64,000 nucleotides of DNA from Nitrospiraceae bacterium (GCA_050246315.1 JBFWWG010000014.1:30911-94910), one strand, 5' to 3'. Numbered from the stretch's first letter, positions 10,193-19,344 are shown. Numbers and translations: made by a program. The notes: a model not told the origin generated them from the letters alone.

Positions 10193-10471
10193 TCAGGCAA
10201 CCATGATCCGTTTCATTCTCTTGACCTCCTGCTCCAGTCGATTCAGACGGGACTCCATCGTGGCTCGCCTGTGTTGGCCTGTTATCAAGAGGCGGCCCAG
10301 CAAGGTCTCATATGGCACACCGGTCTGCCGAGCAGCCTGTCTCAGGCCTCGGAAGCTGCTAGAATCGATATTGATTGTGATTCGTACAGCCTTCTGCCGC
10401 GCAAATGCAGCCCGCAGCTTGGCCGTGCCCGCCTCATCCACCTTCAGGCGTTCGAGCTTTGGTTCTCTCAT
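10193..10471 (-). CDS. BrnA/CopG-like antitoxin
   Basis: VRITINID...ARQTGVPYETLL ribbon-helix-helix-like motif; GGAGG RBS; overlaps the BrnT 3' end. Confidence 0.75.
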   Translation of the reverse strand: MREPKLERLKVDEAGTAKLRAAFARQKAVRITINIDSSSFRGLRQAARQTGVPYETLLGRLLITGQHRRATMESRLNRLEQEVKRMKRIMVA

Positions 10472-10730
10472 CGTACAACCTCCGAAACCTTCGCCATTCG
10501 GCTGATCCAATGATACGAATCTTGCTGCCCCTCATGGTAAACCGTGTGGTGAGGACCCGCCCCGTCGAGGTTTGCCCCAGCCAGAAAAACCGATTCTCTT
10601 TCAGAGAATGCTTCGCGTCAACGAGCTGAACCCCCTTCTGATCGAAGAACGATTCCACCGCCTCTGAAAATGTCACGCCGTGTTTGCGGATATTTATCAG
10701 CTCCTTTGATATATCCCACTCGAATTCCAT
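10434..10730 (-). CDS. BrnT-family toxin
   Basis: MEFEWD..K..INIRKHGVTFSEA...F.D...HS..ENRF...G......VL...FT.RG.KIRII. Confidence 0.9.
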   Translation of the reverse strand: MEFEWDISKELINIRKHGVTFSEAVESFFDQKGVQLVDAKHSLKENRFFWLGQTSTGRVLTTRFTMRGSKIRIIGSAEWRRFRRLYDERTKARTPEGG

Positions 10731-10828
10731 CTACGCAGCCATACTCGATTGGCATGGATCATACCATAGGCCACAGTGCCTCCGTCCTTCTTGTTCTCCT
10801 GAGAAATGGGCGGGGCAATTTCTTTCGG

Positions 10829-10862
10829 AAGGGTAAAGGGTAAAAGGACAAAGGGTAAAGGG
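10829..10862 (-). repeat. Pyrimidine-rich short tandem repeat immediately after the VR-bearing gene
   Basis: ccctttaccctttgtccttttaccctttaccctt directly after the TAG on the minus strand. Confidence 0.7.
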
Positions 10863-12275
10863 CTAGGGCTCAAGGTCCTGGACAAGACGGAATCCCAGGT
10901 TGAGGAACCGGTTGCCGGCACCGTCCCTGCTCCGGATCGACGCACGGAGGCCCTCCGGTACGTCGAACCAGGACCCGCCGCGGATCACACGCCGGCCGCA
11001 ATCGCCTTTGCCCCCCTCGAGCCAAGCTGAGCCATCAGTCGGCGCCCCCTGATAACTGTTGTGCCAGCAATCCTCCACCCATTCCCAGACATTGCCACTC
11101 ATGTCATAGAGGCCGACGCTGTTGGGCTTTTTGCTCCCAGCCGGCGACGAGCGATCTGCCCTGAACACCGCATAGTCCGGCAGTAACTTTTCATCCGAGG
11201 TCCCAGCCCAGGTTTCTGCCTTGCCTCCGCTTCGCGCCGCATATTCCCATTCCGCTTCCGTCGGCAATCGATAGCGCTTGCCTGTCTGTTGCGACAACCA
11301 CCCGCCATAAGCCTTGGCATCCTCCCACAACACATTGATCACAGGCCGTCGACCGCGGCCCCAAGCCTCATCGTGCGGCAGGGACCGCTTGGTCTCCTCG
11401 GCGAATCGGTCATACTCCTCAAACGTGACCTCGCAGGTACCAATGGCAAACGGTTTGACATTGACAGTGTGAACCGGTTGCTCATCAGTACTGGCGCTCC
11501 CTGCGTCGGGCCCCATTTGAAATTCTCCGCCTTCTACCAGAATCATTTCCGGCTCGAACCCCGGAAGAGTTCCACAAGCTGAAGAATGGCGTGTCACAGT
11601 CGCCGACGCACTCAATTCATCCAGTCCCCACCGCGCCAATCCCCATGCGCCGAGCACAAGGATGATCAGCACCATCGCCAATGTGCCAAACCTGACACCT
11701 CGGCCAATCCCCGTGCGCCAAGGGAGCCCTTTTTCGCCAGCCAGCAGAGCCGGCCCTGTTTCTTCGGCGCGGGCCGCATGCTGCGGCTTTGGAGTTTTCA
11801 GAGCCGGCTCCGGCTTATCCGACTCTTCTTGTAGTTGCGATGCAGTATGTGCTTCACGTCCTACCGAACGATCACGAATAGCTTGAAAGAGCTTCTGAAT
11901 CGCCATGTCATCATCGAGACCGCTGCGCAGATCCACCCACTGGTAGATAGGAGAGCCGAACGGTTTCTCAGCGCCTGGCAGCAATACTGAAATGATGGGA
12001 AAGCGTTGGGCACCTCGGTTAGCCGCGTGATGCTGCAGCGCCAGATATAGTGCGACCTGCCGTGAGCCCATCTCTACCCGCCCAATGCAGAGAGCCACCA
12101 CTCGGTATTGGGCCAGCATCTCCTCCAATTCCTGGGGCCAGGGCTTCCATGGCTCCCGACGCTCGGAAAGCACCACCTTGAGCCTCCGTGTACGCAACTG
12201 CCAGCCGAGTGCCTCTACCTGTGCACGATCGTACGGGTGGTAGCTCAGAAGGACATCGACCTGATCAGCCTCCAC
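10863..12275 (-). CDS. TIR-domain, TM and FGE-sulfatase (CLec-fold) protein; DGR target-type gene
   Basis: N-terminal TIR-like region (DVLLSY...VEAL..QL...W..ELE...WVDLR), TM LAMVLIILVLGAWGLA, FGE motifs RLPTEAEWEYAAR, GLYDMSGNVWEW and RGGSW...GFRL. Confidence 0.9.
   Translation of the reverse strand: MEADQVDVLLSYHPYDRAQVEALGWQLRTRRLKVVLSERREPWKPWPQELEEMLAQYRVVALCIGRVEMGSRQVALYLALQHHAANRGAQRFPIISVLLPGAEKPFGSPIYQWVDLRSGLDDDMAIQKLFQAIRDRSVGREAHTASQLQEESDKPEPALKTPKPQHAARAEETGPALLAGEKGLPWRTGIGRGVRFGTLAMVLIILVLGAWGLARWGLDELSASATVTRHSSACGTLPGFEPEMILVEGGEFQMGPDAGSASTDEQPVHTVNVKPFAIGTCEVTFEEYDRFAEETKRSLPHDEAWGRGRRPVINVLWEDAKAYGGWLSQQTGKRYRLPTEAEWEYAARSGGKAETWAGTSDEKLLPDYAVFRADRSSPAGSKKPNSVGLYDMSGNVWEWVEDCWHNSYQGAPTDGSAWLEGGKGDCGRRVIRGGSWFDVPEGLRASIRSRDGAGNRFLNLGFRLVQDLEP
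10878..10997 (-). repeat. DGR variable repeat (VR) at the 3' end of the FGE gene
   Basis: Aligns to TR 9568-9687, with AAC codons replaced by TTC, GAC, GGC and CTC. Confidence 0.8.
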
Positions 12276-12447
12276 GTGTTTTCTACCAGTTCAATCCGGT
12301 CTGAAGATGATCGAAATTGGCACAAGGCTACTTTTTAGGCAAGGTCATCTCAACTAGCAGGTCCGTGGAAATACCAGTATTTAGCGGAGCTTCGGCGAAT
12401 AGAAGGGATTGAATGGCCTTACCTGCTCAAGGCCTCTAGCAGGCTGC

Positions 12448-12620
12448 GGGAAAACCTTCCGTTCATCTTTCGAGAGCCTCAGGACGATTGGAGCGGTCGT
12501 TGAATGCACTGGGGTTTTCCGATCCTGCTGCGACCTGTCGAACCCTGCGGTGAGCTCAGTCGAACCGCATGAACGGAACTCCTGGAAAGTGGGCGCCCTT
12601 CGATACGCTCAGGGCGAACG
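12448..12620. repeat. Cluster of REP-like palindromic units
   Basis: Related units tttcgagagcctcaggacga and cttcgatacgctcagggcgaacgg, plus inverted partners (gcgacctgtcgaa, gagctcagtcgaa), in an intergenic gap. Confidence 0.5.
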
Positions 12621-12650
12621 GATGATTACCGGAACTTTCGGGATGCAACA

Positions 12651-13637
12651 CTACGGCTCGACCCAAATATTGAGATAGGCCGGCAGACTATCGGCCCCCT
12701 TTACCGTATCGGGACCGATCATGTCAGTCACTTGCAATCGGAAACGGATTAGTCGCTTCGCGGCGACCTTGGGGGCGATGAACGACGCCTTGGCTTCATT
12801 TGGTCCGGTCAGATCGACCTTGAGGCCGCGAACCTGGCTCCACTCGTACCGCAGGGGATCGCCGTCTGGGTCTACGCTCTGGACCCCGCTCAACACGACC
12901 CGAGCCCCGCCTTTCACCGTCTGGTCTTCACCCGGGTTGGCCGAAGGGGGTCGGTTTGGTTCGTCGTCGCCGATCGCCTGAATATCGAGCGTTCCGACCT
13001 TGCCGCGGTTGACAACCTGCAGCGAGGCCCGGCCTGGCCTCTCGACTCGAATCCATCCGTCATCGAGCACTCTCGCGATATTCGGATCGCTCGACTGAAA
13101 TTGGCTGCCGGCCGACGGGGAATCGATCGACCGCACCAGTCCGTCCTGGAATAACCCCACTGCCGGCACCCGCGTGAGCTTGCCGATGGGTTGGACTATC
13201 CAGGGTTTCTCGGCTTCAAATTCGATGGTCTCAATCGGAGCGGGGGGCTCCACCTGCACGACGACCTCATCAAAGTCGGGCCTGGTCCCCAATCGTCCCT
13301 GTGTCACCTCCGCCACGGCCAGCAGGCGCATCCGCCCGGCCGCGACCAACGGCACAGTCAGATTGCCTCCGAACGGCGGCGTGGCGGACATATCGGCCAC
13401 CAGCGCCGCTTCGGCCAGTTGCGGCGGAAGCGGCTCCTCCTCAGCTCGATACCAGTAATAGGTGATCTTGCGAATCCCCGCCTCGCGCTCGACCTTGACC
13501 GTGACGGGGATGGATTGCCCTCCGGTCACCACCGCCGATGAGCGCGGGGCGGTTAACTCAAAGGCACCGGTTGTGGCCACGTTCAGGCCGAAGGCGCCCA
13601 ACCAGAACAGACCCCAGTAGACCAGCCGGAGTCGCAT
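12651..13637 (-). CDS. Secreted Ig-like/PKD-domain protein
   Basis: Signal peptide, then NRPPSANPGEDQTV...LSGVQSVDPDGDPLRYEWSQV (PKD/K319L-like). Start uncertain. Confidence 0.75.
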   Translation of the reverse strand: MRLRLVYWGLFWLGAFGLNVATTGAFELTAPRSSAVVTGGQSIPVTVKVEREAGIRKITYYWYRAEEEPLPPQLAEAALVADMSATPPFGGNLTVPLVAAGRMRLLAVAEVTQGRLGTRPDFDEVVVQVEPPAPIETIEFEAEKPWIVQPIGKLTRVPAVGLFQDGLVRSIDSPSAGSQFQSSDPNIARVLDDGWIRVERPGRASLQVVNRGKVGTLDIQAIGDDEPNRPPSANPGEDQTVKGGARVVLSGVQSVDPDGDPLRYEWSQVRGLKVDLTGPNEAKASFIAPKVAAKRLIRFRLQVTDMIGPDTVKGADSLPAYLNIWVEP

Positions 13638-13701
13638 GTGCGAGGACGATTCCCCCGGTCGTCGTGGGGGTGCTTCACGCTGGTGCGGGCCGAAGGGTGT
13701 G

Positions 13702-14889
13702 TCAGAGACCGGCGCCCGACGGCGCCACGAAGGAGAGAAACCGCTCGATGGCATAGGTTGTCACCTGGCCGCATGGACCATGGAAGTTACTGTCGCACCC
13801 ATGCGTGGCCCAGGGCAGTTTGACATAGACATGCGGAACCCGCAATTGATGCAGCCGCTCGGCCAGCCGGTCGCTCTGGGTCGCCGGCACCACCGGATCG
13901 CGGAGGCCGTGAATCAGCAACGTCGGAAGGGCTCCATCGGCGAACGTGCGTGGTGAGGCGCTTTCATAGAGGGCGCCGGCCCCGACCATCTCATAAGAAA
14001 CACCGAGATGACTCTGAAGCACTCTCCTGGCATCCACCACGGCCTGGTTCCCCGGATTCAGATACCAATAACCCAGGTCGGTAGGAGGAGACATGGCAAT
14101 CACCCCGACGATCGCAGGATCGAGTCGTCGATAGGCCGCCAACAGCGCCAGTTGGGCGCCGCTTCCCCGTCCCAGGAGAATGATCCGCCGCGCATCGAAT
14201 CCCGTATTGAGCGCCATGTTCTTGAGGTATTGGATCGCCTCAGACAGATCGTCGAGCGCCGCAGGATAGGGAGCGGAGGGGCCCTGTCGGTAGTCGACCG
14301 CGGCGACCACATACCCATGGTTGGTCAGATACACGTTCAGGTTCATCTGCTCGGTGCGGGAGCCGGATTCCCAGTTACCGTCATGCAGCACCACGACCAA
14401 GGGACGCCTGATCGGCGTCCCTGAGCCGGGAGCGTTGGTCGGAGGACTGTAGAGGTCCACCTCCAAGACAATGTCTTCTCCGCGCTTCGCATAGCTCAGT
14501 GCGTAGGACTCGACCTGCGGCAAGCTGACGCCTTGGAACAAGTCCTGCCAGACGAGCGGGGCGCGGCGCGCCGGGTGCTCGCCGTTGGCGCGCGGGGTGA
14601 CGTGGCCCATTACGACAGCCATATCTGCATCTAAGACCTTCCCATAGGCCCAGGCCTTTAAGACCGGGGCGCTCAGCAGCACCAGCGCGAAGAGTCCCAA
14701 ACAGGCTCCCATCCGGCCCGCCGCGCTGCCCCGCCATCCTGGCAGCCAGAGCAGCAGAACCGGGATCAGAAACCAATACCCCCATTCCATCCCGACCAAT
14801 GAGACGAACCACAGGGGGCGGTTGGGCGGGGGGACCAGTGTGAGGACTCCGATCCCGACCAAGAGCAGTCCCCAAACTAAGCGTCCCAT
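13702..14889 (-). CDS. Membrane-anchored alpha/beta hydrolase-fold protein
   Basis: Three N-terminal TM helices; VVLHDGNW, VDYR, PTLLIHGLRDPVVP and WATHGCD motifs. Confidence 0.8.
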   Translation of the reverse strand: MGRLVWGLLLVGIGVLTLVPPPNRPLWFVSLVGMEWGYWFLIPVLLLWLPGWRGSAAGRMGACLGLFALVLLSAPVLKAWAYGKVLDADMAVVMGHVTPRANGEHPARRAPLVWQDLFQGVSLPQVESYALSYAKRGEDIVLEVDLYSPPTNAPGSGTPIRRPLVVVLHDGNWESGSRTEQMNLNVYLTNHGYVVAAVDYRQGPSAPYPAALDDLSEAIQYLKNMALNTGFDARRIILLGRGSGAQLALLAAYRRLDPAIVGVIAMSPPTDLGYWYLNPGNQAVVDARRVLQSHLGVSYEMVGAGALYESASPRTFADGALPTLLIHGLRDPVVPATQSDRLAERLHQLRVPHVYVKLPWATHGCDSNFHGPCGQVTTYAIERFLSFVAPSGAGL

Positions 14890-14965
14890 CGAAAGAATCC
14901 TTCTCCTCAGCGAGGTCTCTCATGTAGTAGAATAGCATGTGGTCGAAGGAGGCCAAGGAGATTTC

Positions 14966-15349
14966 ATGAAATCACGGATCGTCCCGAGTTGTGTGTTGGC
15001 CATGAGCGTGATGGGCTTGGTTGGATATTCCTTGGAGGCCGGCATGCCGCCGCTCCACATCACGATCGACAGCGGAGCGCCATATTTCGTACCTGTTTCG
15101 GCCAATGTGCCATCGGGAACCGCAATCCATTGGAGCAATCCGACCGCCTCTCCCCATACGATCACCCATATGGCCTGTGTGGACGAGGAAGGCCGGTGCA
15201 TGTTCGACTCCGGGACCATCCTACCGGATGGGCAATTCACTGTTCCGGCCCTGCCTCCCGGGCGCTACCCCTACTACTGCCAACTTCATCCCATCATGCG
15301 CGGTGTGCTCATCGTGACCGATTCCCAATCCGGATCGTCGGAAACGTAA
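14966..15349 (+). CDS. Secreted cupredoxin (plastocyanin-like) protein
   Basis: AAGGAG RBS, signal peptide, W.N....PHTI and YPYYCQLHPIMRG type-1 copper ligands. Confidence 0.85.
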   Translation: MKSRIVPSCVLAMSVMGLVGYSLEAGMPPLHITIDSGAPYFVPVSANVPSGTAIHWSNPTASPHTITHMACVDEEGRCMFDSGTILPDGQFTVPALPPGRYPYYCQLHPIMRGVLIVTDSQSGSSET

Positions 15350-15485
15350 TCATCTGTCCATAGCCTCCCGCCTGTTCGCCTCATGCCTACCGAGTTTGTT
15401 CTACCAACTCGGCTTGCGCCGATAAAACGTCATCGTGTAGGCTGGCTCCGCTCGCGAGCATCCATAAGACCTGACGCACGGCACG

Positions 15486-16976
15486 ATGAAACCATCCGTC
15501 GTTCTCCACGATCCGCTCACCTTTACGGATGACATCCTCGTCCAACGGGCCTGGCGCATCCCCGACCTAGTGATCTACCAACAGGGAGAGGACGAATGGT
15601 GGGTCGCGCCCCTCGACGATAACCTTCCGCTGGTCCGCCTGAATCGGGTCGGCATGGAAATGCTTGGCTCGATGACCGGCCATATCACGGTTGCCGCCTT
15701 GGTAGAGAAATACGCGAAATGGATCTGCGGACCGGACGGCCAGCCGGGCCTCTGGCATCTCCAGCGTTGGGCCCTACCTAACTACTCCCTCTGCTACTTC
15801 GGCACGGAACCGCCCGGCGGCCATCGGCACAAGGCCAAGTGGGATGTCCTCTTACAGCAGATCCGGGAAGGTTGGTCCGGCCAAGAGGGATTCGAAGGGG
15901 AAGCGCACCTCGCCGATTTCCATGTGGAGGAGCTCAAGGAAGCGGCCGAGGACGACGGCCATTTCGACCTCATCGAGACCACCGTCTCCCACCTGTTTCG
16001 CGAACCGAGCGAGGCGCTGGCGGGGCTGACCTACGGCCGGTTGTTGATCAAGCAACTGCGCCGGCTCGGGTGGTTCACGCCGAAGCCCAAAGTCATCCTC
16101 GAAGTCGGCGGCGGGCTTGGCTATGTCGCCCGGGAAATGGGCAAGGATCTGTTGCCCTTCGAGAAGCAAGGCATCCAGTATCTGTCGCTCGATGTGACAA
16201 GGCCCTTCCTCTCGTTGCAGCAGCGACGTGCAAAGGAAGGCGGGTGGGCCTGCACCGGAACCCAGGCCAACGGGGAGTTCCTTCCGTTGAAGGACCACTC
16301 GGTCGATCTCGTGATTGACAACGAGAACATGGCCGATATGACGCCCGCGAAACTGTCGCGACAGGAACTCCTGACCGGAATAGGTGAGACGCCGTTGCAT
16401 CAGGAGGCGCTGGACTGGATTCGCCGGCTGAGGCTGCCGATCGAAGCCGATCCGCCCGAAGAGGTCATCTTCAACCTTGGGCCATTCCGATTTGTTGCGG
16501 AACTCTGGCGGGTCCTCAAGCCGGGGGGACGGGCGTTTCTGACCGAGTTCGGCATCGAGGAAGGTTGGCCGGCTCCAGTCAAACTCCCCGGCCATACGGA
16601 ATATGAAGTGCAATACACCCATTTGCGGCAGGCCGTGCGATGGCTAGGTTTTCAGGAACGGTATCTGCCGCTGCCGCCATTCCTCGGCATCAAACCGGAT
16701 ACCAAGGTACTCTGCACGGGCGCGGCCTATACGATTCAACGGTTTTGCCAGGCCTTAGGGAAACCCTTTGCAGTCCGAGCCTACACTGAACAAGAGCTTG
16801 CCGCCACGATCAAAGACATGCTGCCGAAGGTCATCGGCTGCCATTACCACGACATCGCCGACCCGGCCTGGTTCGGCCTGATCGATTTCAAGGTCCTGCT
16901 GCTGGAAAAGCCCGGCGGCGCGCCGCGTCCCGCCTATCAGAACGCCTCAGGCTATCGGTGGTATTCGCAGAAATAG
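15486..16976 (+). CDS. Class I SAM-dependent methyltransferase-domain protein
   Basis: ILEVGGGLG, LPLKDHSVDLV and ELWRVLKPGGRAFLTE motifs. Confidence 0.8.
   Translation: MKPSVVLHDPLTFTDDILVQRAWRIPDLVIYQQGEDEWWVAPLDDNLPLVRLNRVGMEMLGSMTGHITVAALVEKYAKWICGPDGQPGLWHLQRWALPNYSLCYFGTEPPGGHRHKAKWDVLLQQIREGWSGQEGFEGEAHLADFHVEELKEAAEDDGHFDLIETTVSHLFREPSEALAGLTYGRLLIKQLRRLGWFTPKPKVILEVGGGLGYVAREMGKDLLPFEKQGIQYLSLDVTRPFLSLQQRRAKEGGWACTGTQANGEFLPLKDHSVDLVIDNENMADMTPAKLSRQELLTGIGETPLHQEALDWIRRLRLPIEADPPEEVIFNLGPFRFVAELWRVLKPGGRAFLTEFGIEEGWPAPVKLPGHTEYEVQYTHLRQAVRWLGFQERYLPLPPFLGIKPDTKVLCTGAAYTIQRFCQALGKPFAVRAYTEQELAATIKDMLPKVIGCHYHDIADPAWFGLIDFKVLLLEKPGGAPRPAYQNASGYRWYSQK
16870..16972 (+). repeat. 103-bp direct repeat, copy 1 (3' end of the methyltransferase gene)
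   Basis: 101/103 identical to 17975-18077. Confidence 0.95.
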
Positions 16977-17415
16977 AAAGATTGAACCAGCACCCATGCT
17001 GGTCCCCTGCTCCCGGAGCGCGCGCCCTCAGAAGGGCGCCGGGGGACCCGATGCGCTTTCGTATATGCAACGGGTCGTAACGGCCGCAATAGGACCACCA
17101 TGGGTGTGGTCCACAGAGGGGACAATCACCAAGCGCGGAAGAAGCATTTTATCGTCCAAGGCAGGTACGCCGAGCAGGTCAACCCGAACCACCCTTCGTG
17201 CTCGCGCAACGTGCATACCTCAGAAGGATGCAACAGGAGACGCCAGACTATCCTTCTTTCTCGCAGAACGTGGAAGATAGAACGGCAGGTCACCACGTGT
17301 GTGAAGGGAGTGGATCAGATTGACAGCCTTTTGATCGACGGAGATAATGCGTTCAATAATTTGAGAATGGCCGAGCTATGATTCGTCGCTCCCATCGCAG
17401 TGCGCAAGGTTATGC

Positions 17416-17601
17416 GTGAAGTTTTCCGAGGTGGTGAGGTTGTTGGAACACAATGGGTTCACCCTGATCAAGGAAAAGGGTTCCATTCGTTACTACGGCA
17501 AGCCAGGTATCGACCGGTTGGTGCGGATTGATTATCATGGTTCCAAGGAAGTGCCGACGGGGACCTGCCACGCCATCCTGAAAGCAGCAGGGATCAAATA
17601 G
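17416..17601 (+). CDS. hicA: HicA-family toxin
   Basis: MKFSEVVRLLEHNGF....KGS...Y.KP....V.I..H.SKEVPTGT..AILKAAGI. Confidence 0.85.
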   Translation: MKFSEVVRLLEHNGFTLIKEKGSIRYYGKPGIDRLVRIDYHGSKEVPTGTCHAILKAAGIK

Positions 17602-17614
17602 CGGGAGGCGTCAC

Positions 17615-17863
17615 ATGATCAACCTCAAATACTCTCTCGTCATCGAGGCGACGGATGATCCCACCTTCTTTGGTTTTTACTCCCCCGACCTCCAAGGATT
17701 TACGGGAATTGGCCATTCCATCGAGGATTGCCTGTACCAGGCCAGGTGGGGGATGGAGGAACACCTGGCGCTTCTAAAGGAAAAAGCGCTGCCTGTTCCT
17801 GCGCCGAGTACCAATCCCACCATCGTGATTCAAAACGAAAAACGAGTCGGCCAAGCGGTGTAA
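17615..17863 (+). CDS. hicB: HicB-family antitoxin (short form)
   Basis: YSLVIE.....FFGFYSPDLQGFTGIGHSIEDC; GGAGG RBS; follows hicA. Confidence 0.85.
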   Translation: MINLKYSLVIEATDDPTFFGFYSPDLQGFTGIGHSIEDCLYQARWGMEEHLALLKEKALPVPAPSTNPTIVIQNEKRVGQAV

Positions 17864-17974
17864 TAATAGTTGCGTCGGATCGCGGTTTCTTGGCTGCCGG
17901 CCGACAAGCTTCAACACGATTCCTGTTCCTGCCGACATTCGACATTTCCTCCGAGTCATCTGCCCACCGCCCCC

Positions 17975-18077
17975 GGTTCGGCCTGATCGACTTCAAGGTC
18001 CTGCTGCTGGAAAAACCCGGCGGCGCGCCGCGTCCCGCCTATCAGAACGCCTCAGGCTATCGGTGGTATTCGCAGAA
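17975..18077 (+). repeat. 103-bp direct repeat, copy 2 (orphan gene 3' end)
   Basis: Encodes the same FGLIDFKVLLLEKPGGAPRPAYQNASGYRWYSQK; two synonymous differences within the repeat. Confidence 0.95.
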
Positions 18078-18242
18078 GTGAAGCAGGAGGCCGGGCTCGC
18101 CGGCTTCCTTGCTCCCGGAACCCGCACGATCAGAATGTGCTCGTTCGACGGCCGCAGTTGAAGCCAGCGAGTCCGGCCCCAAAATAGTGCCAGGAAGAAA
18201 AGATGTGGACTCCTGGACGCTCGCACTCAAGTGCGGCTCGCT

Positions 18243-18407
18243 TTATGCGGCGAACTCCACACGTACCTCGCGCCCAAGTCTCGCTTGAAGCGTGATGAGC
18301 ATTTCCAGGCTGAACTTGTCCCATTTGCCGCGCATGAGATCGGACACTTGGGATTGTGCGATACCCAGGCGCTCGGCTGCCTCAAACTGGCCGAGCCTGT
18401 AAGTCAA
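18243..18407 (-). pseudogene. N-terminally truncated XRE/HigA-like HTH antitoxin
   Basis: Manual translation: GQFEAAERLGIAQSQVSDLMRGKWDKFSLEMLITLQARLGREVRVEFAA*. The usual N-terminal half and a toxin partner are absent. Confidence 0.7.
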
Positions 18408-18447
18408 TACTCATGCCAGACCCCATCTCTCGACTTAATCCATCAAT

Positions 18448-19302
18448 TCACTTGCACCTCCACAGTTCAGGAAAGATCTCATAAGCCTCCTGTTCAAACG
18501 GCAGTGTATTACCGAGGTAAACCTTATCGAATGGGAGCTGCCGCCTCCGGGAGCACGCTCCCACTATCCCACTGGCTAACTTCGCAACATCTTGGAAGCG
18601 AGAGGTTATTTCATCCATGAAGGGTGCATTATAGGTCAAGGCATCGGCTCCATAATGAATTAGCAGCGATACCGGCTGCCTCACAATATTCCCATAGTGG
18701 CCGGCCTTCTTGAGAATGATGGTTTGAAGTGCCGCTCTCGCCGATTCCCCCGAATAGGAGCCTCCTCTCGATTTGACATTTATCCATGGCATCCCTGGCC
18801 CTTTGGGTTGCCTGGTGACCATGCCTTTGACTCTGGAGATGAAGCGGACTTTTCCCAAGTATTTTCCCAGCGTCGGCAAGCCTGAAAAATCCTTATCGTG
18901 TCGCTCCGTTGGCCAATGACTGTCCGTCTCTTCGATCAATTTAAGTAGTTCTTCTCGGAAACTTTGGCGATCGTGCCCATCGCACCTTGTGCACTCCTTC
19001 TTAGGTGCGAGTAGAACACTATGGATATGCTTCGTCTTATTATCGGATTGCTGACCAATTGTTTCCCTAATACTTGAATCAAGCTGCTCCTGCCGCTTTC
19101 CCTGCGCTATCTCATCCTCGACCAGCCATTCCCCAAGCTCAAAACCGATCTTGCTACCGTCCTTCAACGTTGCAAGTACATCAGGAAATGCCCCTGCTTC
19201 GTCCTGGACATTCCAGTGACCTGCTATGTCGCTGGCAAGGGAAGGGTATGCCCGAAGGAATGCCTCAAACGCCTCACGTTCTTTCTCCTTCTGAGGATCC
19301 AT
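18448..19302 (-). CDS. Hypothetical protein, possible PD-(D/E)xK nuclease fold
   Basis: 284-aa ORF with lower GC than its neighbours; FPDV.......IGFELGEW motif. Confidence 0.6.
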   Translation of the reverse strand: MDPQKEKEREAFEAFLRAYPSLASDIAGHWNVQDEAGAFPDVLATLKDGSKIGFELGEWLVEDEIAQGKRQEQLDSSIRETIGQQSDNKTKHIHSVLLAPKKECTRCDGHDRQSFREELLKLIEETDSHWPTERHDKDFSGLPTLGKYLGKVRFISRVKGMVTRQPKGPGMPWINVKSRGGSYSGESARAALQTIILKKAGHYGNIVRQPVSLLIHYGADALTYNAPFMDEITSRFQDVAKLASGIVGACSRRRQLPFDKVYLGNTLPFEQEAYEIFPELWRCK

Positions 19303-19344
19303 ATTTCACTTGGCTCCAATCTTTCAAGCTCAAGACATCATTGA

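Noticed and set aside
16996..17381. Small ORFs inside the duplicated-end islet
   Set aside because: Three overlapping candidates, none with a recognisable motif or clear RBS.
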